This document shows positions 9,401 to 18,858 of a stretch of 35,235 nt of DNA, piece by piece. The position numbers and the translations under genes were made by a program. Where the stretch lies: assembly GCA_036405375.1 (NCBI GenBank), contig DASWXS010000034.1:1-35235 (forward strand), written 5' to 3'. The notes beneath the pieces were generated by a model that worked only from the letters and a program-made list of their open reading frames with translations, ran no database searches and was not told the origin of the DNA. The DNA is from Bacteroidia bacterium. Lineage in GTDB: Bacteria > Bacteroidota > Bacteroidia > B-17B0 > Aurantibacillaceae. Numbering within the stretch: the stretch's first letter is position 1; every line of letters starts with the position of its first letter.

Positions 9401-9692
9401 GAATATCAACTCGTCTTTAGGTTTTATTGAAATGTCGGGGCAGCAGTCTTTTGTTACCACCACTGATATGGATTATACCATTAAAGTTCCTATGAAAATG
9501 GTAACCGATGTTGGCTTTAAATATCTTTTCGGGAAGAAAAAAGAGGAAATGGATTCTACCCATGTAGACGGCATTGTATACCGCGACAAAGACAAAAAGG
9601 TACGCTTCGTTACCATCAAAATGAAGGGCAATACGGATGATATTAAGATCAGCCTGGGTGGAAAGGAGAAAGAGAAGGATAAGAAGCAATAA
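6429..9692 (+). CDS. AsmA/TamB-like envelope protein, 1087 aa
   Basis: I chose the internal Met (MQKTKKPLWKRILRIFLWLTLLPVFLIIILIAIL), which gives a single N-terminal TM anchor followed by a long beta-rich, repetitive, K/D-rich region as in AsmA-family proteins. The track ORF start at 6180 would overlap tadA on the opposite strand by 129 nt. A TAAATTTG -7 box sits at 6415-6422. Confidence 0.7.
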   Translation: MQKTKKPLWKRILRIFLWLTLLPVFLIIILIAILYFKQDALVQKALVSVNENFAGQLKLKDSHISPFHDFPNVSINLEDIEVFESKDSTGKPIAHVKDIYLDFDLRKIIEGKYRINNLELNGGNITVVQDSLGDLNIMKAFEPIGEIDTASTNEVFKLGLKKIKVKDIKVKFIDETQDKTFDANLQDLNASFRTGAKRLKTSVEGKFQMTYIQGKDTSFIRDKNFDIDAGIIFDKQREILTVKPSTLKLEGVSFTAKGFMIFKGSPYMNFQFNGEKSDFNIVFAFLPPDLAKTMAKYENAGNIYFDASVKGIVGNDLQPDIYAEFGCKNGVFKNTGVNKTVDKLSFRGYFTNGKKRNTSTFEIGLVDILAHPEQGDVKGNIILRNFDDPNVNMDVSTDFDLQFLAKFLQVQQLQNLSGKVSLKVHYDELVDINVPKNTFAKLKEGVDSELRVKDLTFKMPKYPYPIENVNLYAEMKNKGLYIENCSAKVGNSDINLVLGISRLPDVFHKKGTPLDVHLVVSSKNIDVKQLTTFDTSKIKPVDELLTNFQMVFTFKTLAKNFTDSTMALPHGQFYIDKLSGQFKHYPRRLENVRADIIIDSDFVRLEAFNGKLGGKKGKSDFSLTGSVKNYAMWFKKDVKGTTDIIFDLKSDTLRFNKTFSYKNVNYIPESYQRETLRGLKLKGTAKIVYDTAFKLAELTIESGEVKSKMHPMKLENLSGTIKYSDNRIRLKKLTGKMNKNEFTISLGYFIGANVAEAKKDNRFTLRAKYLNLDELLDYDVSKVARKKKKDTLAVVAAPIDTTVNTDSIFNVFSLPFSNMKIKLDIKELLYHKIEISNLQARMRMQRDHRFFIDTLDMDIADGHLDIKGEFDGSDPNKIKFKPNIKFKNVDLAKLMVRFDNFGQDYILSENVKGIVTGTLSGRIRMRSDLIPMMDKSRVLVNTTVVNGELNNYGPMSMLADYFKDKNINNIRFDTLINTFEIKKGVFYIPNMNINSSLGFIEMSGQQSFVTTTDMDYTIKVPMKMVTDVGFKYLFGKKKEEMDSTHVDGIVYRDKDKKVRFVTIKMKGNTDDIKISLGGKEKEKDKKQ

Positions 9693-9763
9693 AACAAGGT
9701 TTTTAACTGGTAAAAATCGCTTTAATCGGGCTTATTATTTCGATCAATTTCCCCTAATTCTCT

Positions 9764-9771
9764 TACCTTTG
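9764..9771 (+). promoter_or_regulatory. -7 box TACCTTTG for aspS
   Basis: Exact TAnnTTTG match 19 nt upstream of the ATG at 9791. Confidence 0.5.
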
Positions 9772-9790
9772 CACCCTAAATTTTTCAGAA

Positions 9791-11575
9791 ATGCTAAGAA
9801 CAGTTAATTGCGGAGAGCTTAATTTATCTCACAAAGGAAAAGAAGTAACATTATGCGGCTGGGTACAACGCAGCCGTGATAAAGGAACCTTGTTATGGAT
9901 CGACCTTCGTGATCGTTACGGAATTACGCAATTGTTTTTTGATGAAACAGTTAATGCCGACCTCATCAAACAAGCGCGTGCACTTGGGCGTGAGTTTGTG
10001 GTTCAGGCAAAAGGAATTGTTATTGAACGTGAGTCGAAAAATCCTAACATGCCAACCGGCGAAATAGAAATTAAAGTTTCTGCATTAAATATATTGAACC
10101 AAGCCATTACTCCTCCTTTTACCATTGAAGATGATACGGATGGTGGTGATGAGCTGCGCATGAAATACCGCTACCTGGACTTACGCAGGAATGCGGTAAG
10201 AAAGAATTTAGAATTACGTCACCGTTTGGCGATAGAAACCCGTAATTACCTAGATGCACAAAGCTTCCTGGAAGTAGAAACCCCTGTGCTGATCAAATCA
10301 ACTCCTGAGGGTGCACGCGATTTTGTTGTGCCAAGCCGTATGAACGAAGGGCAATTTTACGCCTTGCCACAATCACCACAAACCTTTAAGCAATTATTAA
10401 TGGTGAGTGGTTTCGACAGGTATTATCAAATTGTAAAATGTTTCCGCGATGAGGATTTAAGAGCTGACCGCCAGCCGGAATTTACACAGATCGACTGTGA
10501 AATGAGCTTTGTGGAGCAGGAAGATATTCTTCAGACATTTGAAGGCTTAACGCGTCATTTATTTAAAAAAGTAAAAGGTATCGATATTCCCCTGTTACCA
10601 CGTATAACGTATGCCGACGCGATGCGCAATTACGGAAATGATAAACCCGATACACGTTTTGAAATGAAATTTGTTTACCTCAACGAGGCTTCAAACAATG
10701 TAGTTAGAGGAAAAAATTTCAAGGTGTTTGATGATGCTGAAGTTGTTGTGGGCATATGCGCAAAAGGTGCAGCATCATACACCCGCAAGCAGCTGGATGA
10801 GTTGACTGAGTTTGTAAAACGTCCGCAGCTCGGCGCAACCGGGCTTGTATATGCACGTTATACGGATGAAGGAATTAAGTCATCGGTTGACAAATTTTAT
10901 GGTGAAGAAGATTTGAAAAAGTGGGGTGCGGCATTTGGTGCTGAAAAAGGTGACCTGATGCTGATTCTTGCAGGAGGAAAAGATAAAACCCTAAAAGCTT
11001 TGTCGGAACTACGTTTAGAGATGGGAACACGCCTGGGCCTGAGAGATAAAAACACTTTCTCCTGCCTGTGGGTAGTTGATTTCCCTTTATTGGAATGGAA
11101 TGAAGGCGATACTAACCTGCTTGAATCGCTCCGTGGGCGCTGGGTTGCAAAACATCACCCGTTTACTTCTCCTAAGCCTGAAGATATTGGATTATTAAAA
11201 ACCGATCCGGGTGCTGTTCGTGCAAATGCTTATGATATTGTGATCAATGGTGTAGAAGTAGGTGGTGGAAGTATCCGTATCTATAATAAAGACCTGCAGG
11301 CGCTGATGTTTGAAACACTTGGGTTCAGCAAAGAAGAAGCACAAAACCAGTTCGGGTTTTTAATGAATGCTTTTGAATTTGGTGCTCCGCCACATGGTGG
11401 CATCGCCTTTGGATTCGACCGTTTATGCTCATTATTTGGCGGGGCAGATAGTATCCGTGATTTTATTGCCTTTCCTAAAAACAATTCGGGCAGGGATATG
11501 ATGATCGATTCTCCTTCTGAAATCAGCCAGGAACAATTGGATGAATTGAATATCGAGGTGATAAAAGCTGATTAG
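9791..11575 (+). CDS. aspS: Aspartate--tRNA ligase, 594 aa
   Basis: N-terminal OB anticodon-binding region ([22 protein letters not shown]). Class II aaRS motifs [25 protein letters not shown] and GIAFGFDRL. Confidence 0.95.
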   Translation: MLRTVNCGELNLSHKGKEVTLCGWVQRSRDKGTLLWIDLRDRYGITQLFFDETVNADLIKQARALGREFVVQAKGIVIERESKNPNMPTGEIEIKVSALNILNQAITPPFTIEDDTDGGDELRMKYRYLDLRRNAVRKNLELRHRLAIETRNYLDAQSFLEVETPVLIKSTPEGARDFVVPSRMNEGQFYALPQSPQTFKQLLMVSGFDRYYQIVKCFRDEDLRADRQPEFTQIDCEMSFVEQEDILQTFEGLTRHLFKKVKGIDIPLLPRITYADAMRNYGNDKPDTRFEMKFVYLNEASNNVVRGKNFKVFDDAEVVVGICAKGAASYTRKQLDELTEFVKRPQLGATGLVYARYTDEGIKSSVDKFYGEEDLKKWGAAFGAEKGDLMLILAGGKDKTLKALSELRLEMGTRLGLRDKNTFSCLWVVDFPLLEWNEGDTNLLESLRGRWVAKHHPFTSPKPEDIGLLKTDPGAVRANAYDIVINGVEVGGGSIRIYNKDLQALMFETLGFSKEEAQNQFGFLMNAFEFGAPPHGGIAFGFDRLCSLFGGADSIRDFIAFPKNNSGRDMMIDSPSEISQEQLDELNIEVIKAD

Positions 11576-11677
11576 TTGTTGCCAGATAAAACATTTCAAT
11601 GAAAGGTGCGTTACCATTTTTATTACTAACTTTCGGTCTCAAAAAAACCGAACCAGCGACACACACAGGGAGATAGC

Positions 11678-13102
11678 ATGAAAATAGCCATAATAGGTGC
11701 CGGCCCGGCAGGAATGACTGCCGGATATGAATTGGCAAAAAAAACCAAAGACGTTGACGTATATGAAGCAGGCGCCGCTGTTGGGGGTATGGCTAAAACC
11801 CTTGATCTCTGGAACCAAAAGATTGATATCGGACCTCACCGCTTTTTTAGCAACGATACCCGGATAAACGAGCTTTGGCTGGAGGTTGCCGGTAAGGATT
11901 ATGAAATGGTAGACCGTTTAACGCGTATCTATTACAACAAACGTTTTTTTCATTACCCCATAAAAGCCTTTGATGCTTTAAAAAACCTCGGAATATTTAC
12001 TGCCGCAGGTTGTATCATCAGCTATGGTTTAGAAAAAATTTCTCCTACCAAAGATACCAGCACCTTTGAGGGATGGGTAACCAACCGCTTTGGTAAAAAA
12101 CTATACAGCATTTTCTTTAAAACATATACCGAGAAATTATGGGGAATTCCTTGTAACGTATTGGATGCAGATTTCGCTGCACAGCGAATTAAAAAATTCA
12201 GTCTTGGAGAAGCTATGAAAACCGCGCTTTTCGGGAATAGCGGTAAACACAAAACGCTTGTAGATCAATTCGCTTATCCTCACCAGGGAACAGGAATGGT
12301 ATATGAACGCATGGCTTCTTTCGTAAAAAAACAAGGAGGTAATGTTTTTCTGAATACTCCTATAAAAAGAGTACTTACTAAAAATAACAAAGCCTACGCT
12401 ATTGAACTGGAAGACGGAACCATTAAAGAATACGACCACATCATTTCTTCCATGCCTTTGAGTTTGATGGTAGCACGATTGCCGGAAGTACCCGAAAACA
12501 TTAAAGCTGCAGCAAACAGTCTTAAATTCAGGAATACCATCATTGTTTATCTTAACGTTCAGGCGAAAGATCTTTTTCCTGATAACTGGCTGTATGTTCA
12601 CTCTGCCGACCTGCGCATGGGCCGTTTAACCAATTTCCGGAACTGGGTTCCACAGGTGAACGGATCTGAGCAAAGCACCATTTGCGCCCTCGAGTATTGG
12701 TGTTATGATGAAGATGATTTCTGGAGTTGGAGTGAAGACCGGCTTATTGAGCTCGGTAAAGAAGAGTTAAAAAAGACCGGTCTGGTAGGAGATGCTAAAA
12801 TAAGTGATGGCTTTGTATATAAAATCCCTCGTTGTTACCCGGTATATTCAACCGGATATAAAGATATTCTTGTACCTGTAGAGAATTACCTGAAAACCAT
12901 AGAGAATCTTCACGTAATTGGAAGGTACGGGGCGTTTAAATATAATAACCAGGATCATAGTATCCTGATGGGAATGCTGGCCGCTCAAAATATACTTGAA
13001 GGTAAAAATCACAACCTCTGGGATATTAACACCGATTACGAAGATTACCAGGAAGCGAGTGTTATTACAAAAACAGGATTGAAAAAGCAGGTAAGTACCT
13101 AG
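11678..13102 (+). CDS. NAD(P)/FAD-dependent oxidoreductase (amine-oxidase / UDP-galactopyranose-mutase-like fold), 474 aa
   Basis: N-terminal Rossmann motif MKIAIIGAGPAGMTAGYEL...YEAGAAVGG. The C-terminal block HVIGRYGAFKYNNQDHSILMG resembles flavoenzymes of the Glf/HemY superfamily. The substrate is unknown. Confidence 0.8.
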   Translation: MKIAIIGAGPAGMTAGYELAKKTKDVDVYEAGAAVGGMAKTLDLWNQKIDIGPHRFFSNDTRINELWLEVAGKDYEMVDRLTRIYYNKRFFHYPIKAFDALKNLGIFTAAGCIISYGLEKISPTKDTSTFEGWVTNRFGKKLYSIFFKTYTEKLWGIPCNVLDADFAAQRIKKFSLGEAMKTALFGNSGKHKTLVDQFAYPHQGTGMVYERMASFVKKQGGNVFLNTPIKRVLTKNNKAYAIELEDGTIKEYDHIISSMPLSLMVARLPEVPENIKAAANSLKFRNTIIVYLNVQAKDLFPDNWLYVHSADLRMGRLTNFRNWVPQVNGSEQSTICALEYWCYDEDDFWSWSEDRLIELGKEELKKTGLVGDAKISDGFVYKIPRCYPVYSTGYKDILVPVENYLKTIENLHVIGRYGAFKYNNQDHSILMGMLAAQNILEGKNHNLWDINTDYEDYQEASVITKTGLKKQVST

Positions 13103-13154
13103 CAGTCACATGTTTGCAGAAGTCTACTATTTGCCAAAAATCAAATTAAAATAC

Positions 13155-13162
13155 TATATTTG
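13155..13162 (+). promoter_or_regulatory. -7 box TATATTTG for the lipoprotein-methyltransferase-GT2-GT39 unit
   Basis: Exact TAnnTTTG match 13 nt upstream of the ATG at 13176. Confidence 0.45.
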
Positions 13163-13175
13163 CGCAAAAAAAATT

Positions 13176-13727
13176 ATGAAACGTATTGCATATTTATTCC
13201 CGGTTATTATTTTAGTTGCTAGTGTTTTCAGTTCATGTAAAAATCCTCCTAAACCAAATGTAGTGTATGCTAATACATTCGATAATTTTGAATCGGAGAA
13301 CATGACAGAGAATAAAGTAAAAGGCGCAGCTTATTCCGGTCAATATTTCATTCACGCTGACAGTGGTAAGGTGTATCCTTACGGACAAGTTTTTAACTTG
13401 CCTGATTCATTAAGAAACACATCGCTGAAAATATTTGTTACTGCTTATGTAAGGTCTGCAGAAAAAAATCCGAAAGCATCTTTTGCGGTTACTGTAAACG
13501 GGAAAGATTCCAGTTCTTTTGTATGGAAAGAGTTATATATGACAAACCAGGTGGTTACTGCTGATCAGTGGAACATTTTTACCGACTCTCTTGAGATCAG
13601 CAAAGAAGAAGCTGCTTTCCTTCCGTTGAAAGTAAATGTTTTTGGATACTATCCTGAGAATAAAAAATACCTTGATCTTGATGATGTTTCAATAACAATC
13701 AAATCAAACTTTAAGGAAGAAGAGTAA
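13176..13727 (+). CDS. Small lipoprotein of unknown function, 183 aa
   Basis: Internal Met chosen: MKRIAYLFPVIILVASVFSSC has a lipobox (FSSC). A TATATTTG -7 box at 13155-13162 lies inside the longer track ORF, which argues against the 13110 start. Confidence 0.6.
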   Translation: MKRIAYLFPVIILVASVFSSCKNPPKPNVVYANTFDNFESENMTENKVKGAAYSGQYFIHADSGKVYPYGQVFNLPDSLRNTSLKIFVTAYVRSAEKNPKASFAVTVNGKDSSSFVWKELYMTNQVVTADQWNIFTDSLEISKEEAAFLPLKVNVFGYYPENKKYLDLDDVSITIKSNFKEEE

Positions 13728-13729
13728 TA

Positions 13730-14473
13730 ATGGACAAAGCATACGAGGAGAAATACCATAGCATTGAGCACTCTAACTGGTGGTTTCTCTCGCGTAGAAA
13801 TGCCATAAGATCTTTATTGAAAGATTACGATCGCTCTCTTAAGATCCTTGATATAGGCTGCGCCGGGGGGCCCCTTCTGATTGATTTAAAAAATGACGGG
13901 TTCACAAACCTGTATGGTTTGGATTATAGTGAGGATGCTATAAAAACCTGCAAAGAACGTGGATTGGACAATGTTTTTGTAATGGATGGACATTACCCCG
14001 CTTTTGAACCCGGTTCATTTGATATTATCATTTCTTCCGACTCGTTAGAACATCTTGAAAAGGATGAAGTTGCTCTTGCTAACTGGCATAAGATATTAAA
14101 ACCAAAAGGTGAGCTGTTTGTATTTGTACCGGCATACCTTTTTTTATGGAGCGGGCATGATGTGATTAATCACCATTTCAGGAGATACAGTAAAAATTTG
14201 CTGAAAGAGCGTGTAACAAGAGCGGGATTCACTATTGAACGTTCAGGCTTCTGGAATTTTGCGATCTTTTTCCCTACAGCTGTTTTCAGGCTATTCCAAC
14301 GTACTTTTTTTCCTGGCAGTGTTAATAAAGCACCGAAAGATCAACTCGATTCTTTTAACCCAACTATCAATAAATTACTCATTGGGTGGATGAAACTGGA
14401 AAACAGAATTTTTAAAAGTATTGGACTGCCCGTTGGTGTAAGTACTTTTGTTAAAGCTAAAAAACAATCTTGA
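13730..14473 (+). CDS. Class I SAM-dependent methyltransferase, 247 aa
   Basis: Motif I ILDIGCAGGPLL, post-I acidic residue (LDYSEDAI), and FDIIISSDSLEHL typical of Methyltransf_11/23-like enzymes. It starts 2 nt after the preceding gene. Confidence 0.8.
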   Translation: MDKAYEEKYHSIEHSNWWFLSRRNAIRSLLKDYDRSLKILDIGCAGGPLLIDLKNDGFTNLYGLDYSEDAIKTCKERGLDNVFVMDGHYPAFEPGSFDIIISSDSLEHLEKDEVALANWHKILKPKGELFVFVPAYLFLWSGHDVINHHFRRYSKNLLKERVTRAGFTIERSGFWNFAIFFPTAVFRLFQRTFFPGSVNKAPKDQLDSFNPTINKLLIGWMKLENRIFKSIGLPVGVSTFVKAKKQS

Positions 14474-14474
14474 A

Positions 14475-15413
14475 ATGACTGAACTATCCATTATAATACC
14501 AATCTATAATGAAGAGTTAAACATTCCTACACTCTATGGAAGGCTTAAACCTGTAATTGAGAAAATTGGTGTTTCGTATGAACTTGTTTTTGTTAACGAC
14601 GGAAGCAAGGACAGGTCCATTCAGTTGATAAAAGACCTTGCAGCAATGGATAAAACCATTCGTTATATTGATTTCAGCAGGAACTTTGGTCACCAGGTTG
14701 CTGTTTCGGCCGGGCTTGATTTATGTGTTGGTGAGTACGCAGCGATTATTGATGCAGATCTCCAGGATCCGCCTGAATTGATAGAGGTTCTTTATAATAA
14801 AACAAAAGAAGGGTTCCAGGTTGTATATGCAAAACGCCGTTCGCGCAAAGACAAAAACCTGTTTAAACGCGCTGCATATAAAACATTTTATCGTTTACTT
14901 GCACGTATTTCGCAAGTTGATATTCCACTTGATACAGGCGATTTCAGGGTTATGCACCGCAAGGTAATTGATGTGTTAAAAGATATGCCTGAACAACATA
15001 AATTTTTACGCGGACAAATTGCATGGATCGGTTTCAATCAAACTTTTGTTGAATATGATCGTGATGTAAGAGCGGCAGGTGAACCCGGGTACACTTATAA
15101 AAAACTGTTTAAACTCGCGTTCGATGGTATTACTTCTTTCTCTAATGCCCCGCTGCGTTTCGCAAGTATAATGGGAATCATCGTGTTTTTCATCTCCTTT
15201 ATCCTGATCTGTTATTCTCTAATCTCTTATTTCTTTTTTAAAGGGGACATTCCACAAGGCTGGACTTCAACTATTATTTCTATTTTATTTATTGGTGGAA
15301 TTCAGTTGCTGAGTATTGGTATTATAGGCGAATACATCAGCCGCCTGCAAAGCGATATAAGAAAGAGACCTCTTTATATTGTTAAGGACAGTAATTTTGA
15401 GGAAAAAGAATAA
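14475..15413 (+). CDS. GT2-family polyprenol-phosphate glycosyltransferase (GtrB/ArnC/DPM1-like), 312 aa
   Basis: Start taken at MTELSIIIPIYNEE, 1 nt after the methyltransferase stop. GT-A signatures VNDGSKDRS and IDADLQDPPE (DxD). Two C-terminal TM helices (IMGIIVFFISFILICYSLI and IISILFIGGIQLLSIGIIGEY), as in the Und-P sugar transferases GtrB and ArnC. Confidence 0.85.
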   Translation: MTELSIIIPIYNEELNIPTLYGRLKPVIEKIGVSYELVFVNDGSKDRSIQLIKDLAAMDKTIRYIDFSRNFGHQVAVSAGLDLCVGEYAAIIDADLQDPPELIEVLYNKTKEGFQVVYAKRRSRKDKNLFKRAAYKTFYRLLARISQVDIPLDTGDFRVMHRKVIDVLKDMPEQHKFLRGQIAWIGFNQTFVEYDRDVRAAGEPGYTYKKLFKLAFDGITSFSNAPLRFASIMGIIVFFISFILICYSLISYFFFKGDIPQGWTSTIISILFIGGIQLLSIGIIGEYISRLQSDIRKRPLYIVKDSNFEEKE

Positions 15414-15460
15414 GGACTGAGCTTTTAGCTAAAAACAGCACTCACATACCCTGAAATAAT

Positions 15461-16978
15461 ATGATGGCAATTGGAAAAAAGCTTAGTAACTGGTTAACCA
15501 GGGATAATTATATAAACCTTACCTGGATCTTTTTTGGTATTATTTTCTACTTTGTTTTCCTTTACCAGCTAAGCTCCATGAACCTGATCGATTTCGATGA
15601 GTCCAGGGTAGCTAAAAGTTCTTACGAAATGAGCCAGAGCGGTGATCTCATTGTAGTAAAATATGGTGGGAACCCGGATTTGTGGAGCACAAAACCTGCT
15701 TTGTTTCACTGGGTGCAGGCCACTTTTATCAAAATAATGGGTCTGTCGGAAATGAGCGTGAGGCTCCCGTCTGCCATATGTGGGATCGTACTTTGCGTGC
15801 TTATATTCAGGTTTTGTAAAAGGCGTTTACACAATCCTTTGCTGGGTATCCTTGCAATGCTTGTATTTGTAACAGCACCTGCCACCGTGTATTTTGATCA
15901 CTCTTTCCGCACCGGGGATTATGATGCGCTAATGACACTATTCACTTTTGTTTCTGCTATTAACCTCTTTTTATATATCCAGGAAAACAATAACCGCAAC
16001 TTATATTACTTCTTTGTTTTCCTTGGTCTCGCTATTCTTACCAAAGGCGTTGCAGCCTTGTTTTTTGCACCGGGTTATTTTTTATACATACTGATCCGCA
16101 AAAAATTACTGGTTGTATTAAAAAACAAGCACTTTTATTTTGGTGCAGGTGGCATGCTACTGATAGCAGGATCGTATTTCCTGTTACGGGAACTAAATAA
16201 TCCTGGCTATTTAAAAGCACTGAACGATATGGAAATAATGGGCAGGTATACCAATACCGGTTCCTTTTCCATATATGAGGAAGCTGATTTCTGGGTTAAT
16301 TTCTTCCAGCTTATTAATGTGCGTTTTCCTGTATTTTATTTATTGATCCCTTGTGGTTTTTTTATCGGGATATTTTCAAAAAGAGAGGTCATCAAACAGT
16401 TCTCTTTGTTTTCAGTAACAATCTGTTTATGCCTATACTTTGTAATTAGTTATTCATCGAGCACTAATTTCTGGTACGACCTTCCTATGTATCCATTTGT
16501 TGCTATTATGGTAGCTTTGGTATTAGTTGTGATTCATGACCTCATCAGCGATATCATAAAGGAAAAAACAGATTTTAATCCCCGCGCTGTATTCATTTCC
16601 CTTTGCTTTATATTGTTTTGCATACCATTCGCCAAAACAATGCAGGAAGTACACGCTCCTTTTCCTACAAAGGGGATGTACTGGAGCAATTTTAATGTCC
16701 TTCAGAACTATTTCGAATTCGGGAAAGTAAAAAACGGGTATATGCTGGCTATAGAAAAAGATAAAAATCCTTCACAAAGCCAGCTTTTTTATATAGACAA
16801 ATTATACGAGGACAGAGGAATCAAAATTCCACACCGCTTTGATTATGATTTTAAACCAGGTGAAATGTTGATTACGCTCACACCGGGCATACAGGATTAT
16901 ATAGCCACCTATTATAATTGTGTAATGGTGGAAAGCTATTACGAAATAAAAGTATTCAGGATCATCTCAAAAAAATAA
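15461..16978 (+). CDS. GT-C fold membrane glycosyltransferase, GT39/ArnT (PMT_2)-like, 505 aa
   Basis: Polytopic, with more than 10 hydrophobic segments. The first periplasmic loop carries an acidic motif, NLIDFDESRVAKSSYEM, like the D/E loop of ArnT/PMT enzymes. It lies directly downstream of the GT2 gene. Confidence 0.7.
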   Translation: MMAIGKKLSNWLTRDNYINLTWIFFGIIFYFVFLYQLSSMNLIDFDESRVAKSSYEMSQSGDLIVVKYGGNPDLWSTKPALFHWVQATFIKIMGLSEMSVRLPSAICGIVLCVLIFRFCKRRLHNPLLGILAMLVFVTAPATVYFDHSFRTGDYDALMTLFTFVSAINLFLYIQENNNRNLYYFFVFLGLAILTKGVAALFFAPGYFLYILIRKKLLVVLKNKHFYFGAGGMLLIAGSYFLLRELNNPGYLKALNDMEIMGRYTNTGSFSIYEEADFWVNFFQLINVRFPVFYLLIPCGFFIGIFSKREVIKQFSLFSVTICLCLYFVISYSSSTNFWYDLPMYPFVAIMVALVLVVIHDLISDIIKEKTDFNPRAVFISLCFILFCIPFAKTMQEVHAPFPTKGMYWSNFNVLQNYFEFGKVKNGYMLAIEKDKNPSQSQLFYIDKLYEDRGIKIPHRFDYDFKPGEMLITLTPGIQDYIATYYNCVMVESYYEIKVFRIISKK

Positions 16979-17006
16979 GCCCCAGGTAATACCTGAGACT
17001 TTTCAT

Positions 17007-18590
17007 TTATTCGTGTAGCTGGTAGATGATAATATTTTGATACCTTCCTATTGGTTTGGTGGTGTATTTTAAAAGCTCTTTGTGCTCCAGTATCCGCTCA
17101 TCATATACTAATAGGTATTTTGCACCACACTTGATCTGGCTTTGCATTACGTTTTCATCATGCACATAATACCAGCCATCTACTCCTACTCTTCCACAAG
17201 CAGTATATCCACGTAAACCGGTATAATACAGTGTCATGTTAAATGTATAGTCAGGTAAAATAATTGCCCTGTCTTCTGGTTTTATACCTATTTGTTTCAG
17301 GTATGGTTTACATGTTTCAAACGGAGTTATGTAAAAGCGATGCATCTTTTCCAGGTACAAAAATAAATTACGCCTGTCTTCATGAATACTTGCCGTTTGC
17401 AGCAAAAAGTCGTTGTGATAATACCGCAGGCGGATATTTACAGCACCATTGTACAGGTTGTACATCACAAGCAACAAGCTCAGTGTAGTAATCCCTATTT
17501 TCAACGCTTTGTGACGTACGGTTGCATAATAGTTGCATATCAGCAAAAACACACATGCATAAAAAGGAATGAAGTTCAGAAAATAATAGTCGTGCGCTTC
17601 AAACTGAATGTACCAGAAAAGAAAGTAAATAACCGTACCTATAAAAGTAATTATTGAAATCAGCACCAGTGGCCTGAGCAGGCGTTTAAAATTAAAAAGA
17701 AGGAACAGGTATACTGCAAGAAATATAATATTCAATACTTTAGGAAACAGCTCTGGTATTGTATCTCTAAAAATTGCTTCTGTTTTCAGTGATAAGGCTT
17801 CGCCTTTCAATTCCCAGATCGGCATCAGGCGGGTCAACAAAAAGTGGTGGCTTTGGTTTGCCTCATTGTAGCGAAACGCATACACATACCAGGCTCCGGC
17901 AAGCACTAAGCCTCCGGCAAATGGCAACAGGTGCTTCAACCTAAGCCCTAATTGTTTTTCCCTGATAGCCATGAACAGTAGTACTGCTATGGATGCCAAC
18001 GGTAAAATTCCTGCCGTAATTTTCAATAAGATCGCGAATACCCAAAATAAGCCCGCTTTCCATAATTTCTTTTTCTGAGGTTCCAGCAAATAATCATAAA
18101 AAAAATAGAAACCGGTAAATACCAGTCCTAAAGCAGGAATATCAGGAAGATAATTATTGCTGTAATAAACAATAACAGGAGAGCCGATAATAAACAGAAC
18201 AGGAAGAGATTTTAGCCAGCTGTCAGGAAATAATTTTTTGCCGAGTTTATACAAGTACACCAATCCCATCAGAAACAGCGAAAAATTGATCAGTTTTAAT
18301 ATGATTTCGTGTTGTCCGAAAACTTTCCAAAGAATGGCTGTAACATAGTAAAGAATGGGAAACTCTCCGGCAACCTTACCCGAACAATTGGAAGTATTAA
18401 TACACAAAAACGAAGTATCAAAGAATTTGAACCCATTAGTGTAATAGTTATATACCTGCGCCAAACAGTCAGCTTGCCTCCACTCATGGATTCCCTGGAC
18501 TTTGTATAAAAAGGTTTTCTGATATTCGAAAAGGAAAAATAACCCTATACCTAAAAGAAAAAGCAACAAGCCTTCACGTTTTTTTAACAT
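17007..18590 (-). CDS. Polytopic membrane protein, putative second GT-C-like glycosyltransferase, 527 aa (539 aa if the 18626 start is used)
   Basis: More than 10 predicted TM segments. The first-loop motif GIHEWRQADCLAQVYNYY resembles loop-1 motifs of ArnT/PMT_2-like proteins. I prefer Met13 (MLKKREGLLLFLLGIG...) because a near-consensus -7 box (TATCTTTA on the minus strand, 18606-18613) lies inside the longer ORF. Family assignment is weak. Confidence 0.5.
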   Translation of the reverse strand: MLKKREGLLLFLLGIGLFFLFEYQKTFLYKVQGIHEWRQADCLAQVYNYYTNGFKFFDTSFLCINTSNCSGKVAGEFPILYYVTAILWKVFGQHEIILKLINFSLFLMGLVYLYKLGKKLFPDSWLKSLPVLFIIGSPVIVYYSNNYLPDIPALGLVFTGFYFFYDYLLEPQKKKLWKAGLFWVFAILLKITAGILPLASIAVLLFMAIREKQLGLRLKHLLPFAGGLVLAGAWYVYAFRYNEANQSHHFLLTRLMPIWELKGEALSLKTEAIFRDTIPELFPKVLNIIFLAVYLFLLFNFKRLLRPLVLISIITFIGTVIYFLFWYIQFEAHDYYFLNFIPFYACVFLLICNYYATVRHKALKIGITTLSLLLVMYNLYNGAVNIRLRYYHNDFLLQTASIHEDRRNLFLYLEKMHRFYITPFETCKPYLKQIGIKPEDRAIILPDYTFNMTLYYTGLRGYTACGRVGVDGWYYVHDENVMQSQIKCGAKYLLVYDERILEHKELLKYTTKPIGRYQNIIIYQLHE

Positions 18591-18858
18591 ACCTGATTTT
18601 TTGGCTAAAGATAACATTAAATACAAAACCCCCGGTCAACGAACACATTTGATGCTAAGGACTTTAAACAGTTTACGGATGTTTCTGTTTTTTATTGTTG
18701 CCGTTTAGAGCGATACATGCATTCTTCATCAATATAAATTTTTTGCCATTTTGTCCTTTATTTTAAACAGTTAAACCATTTTAGTACGCCACTTATCAGG
18801 TAACGTTAAATTAACAAGAGGTATTCATTATCTTCGCGCTTATTTATAAAACTACCTT

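Noticed and set aside
13110-13175. Longer starts for the lipoprotein ORF (13110) and for the GT2 ORF (14448).
   Set aside because: The internal Mets give a proper lipoprotein signal peptide (13176) and the canonical GT2 N-terminus right after the upstream stop (14475). The extensions contain the promoter box or overlap the previous gene.
18656-18663. The octamer TAAGGACT occurs in three intergenic positions (15411-15418, 18656-18663, 27780-27787).
   Set aside because: Three hits of an 8-mer in 70 kb of two-strand sequence is only mildly above expectation. One copy includes a stop codon, the flanks show no shared extended motif, and the related heptamer AAGGACT also occurs inside coding sequence (about 2213). 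It is too weak to call a regulatory site.
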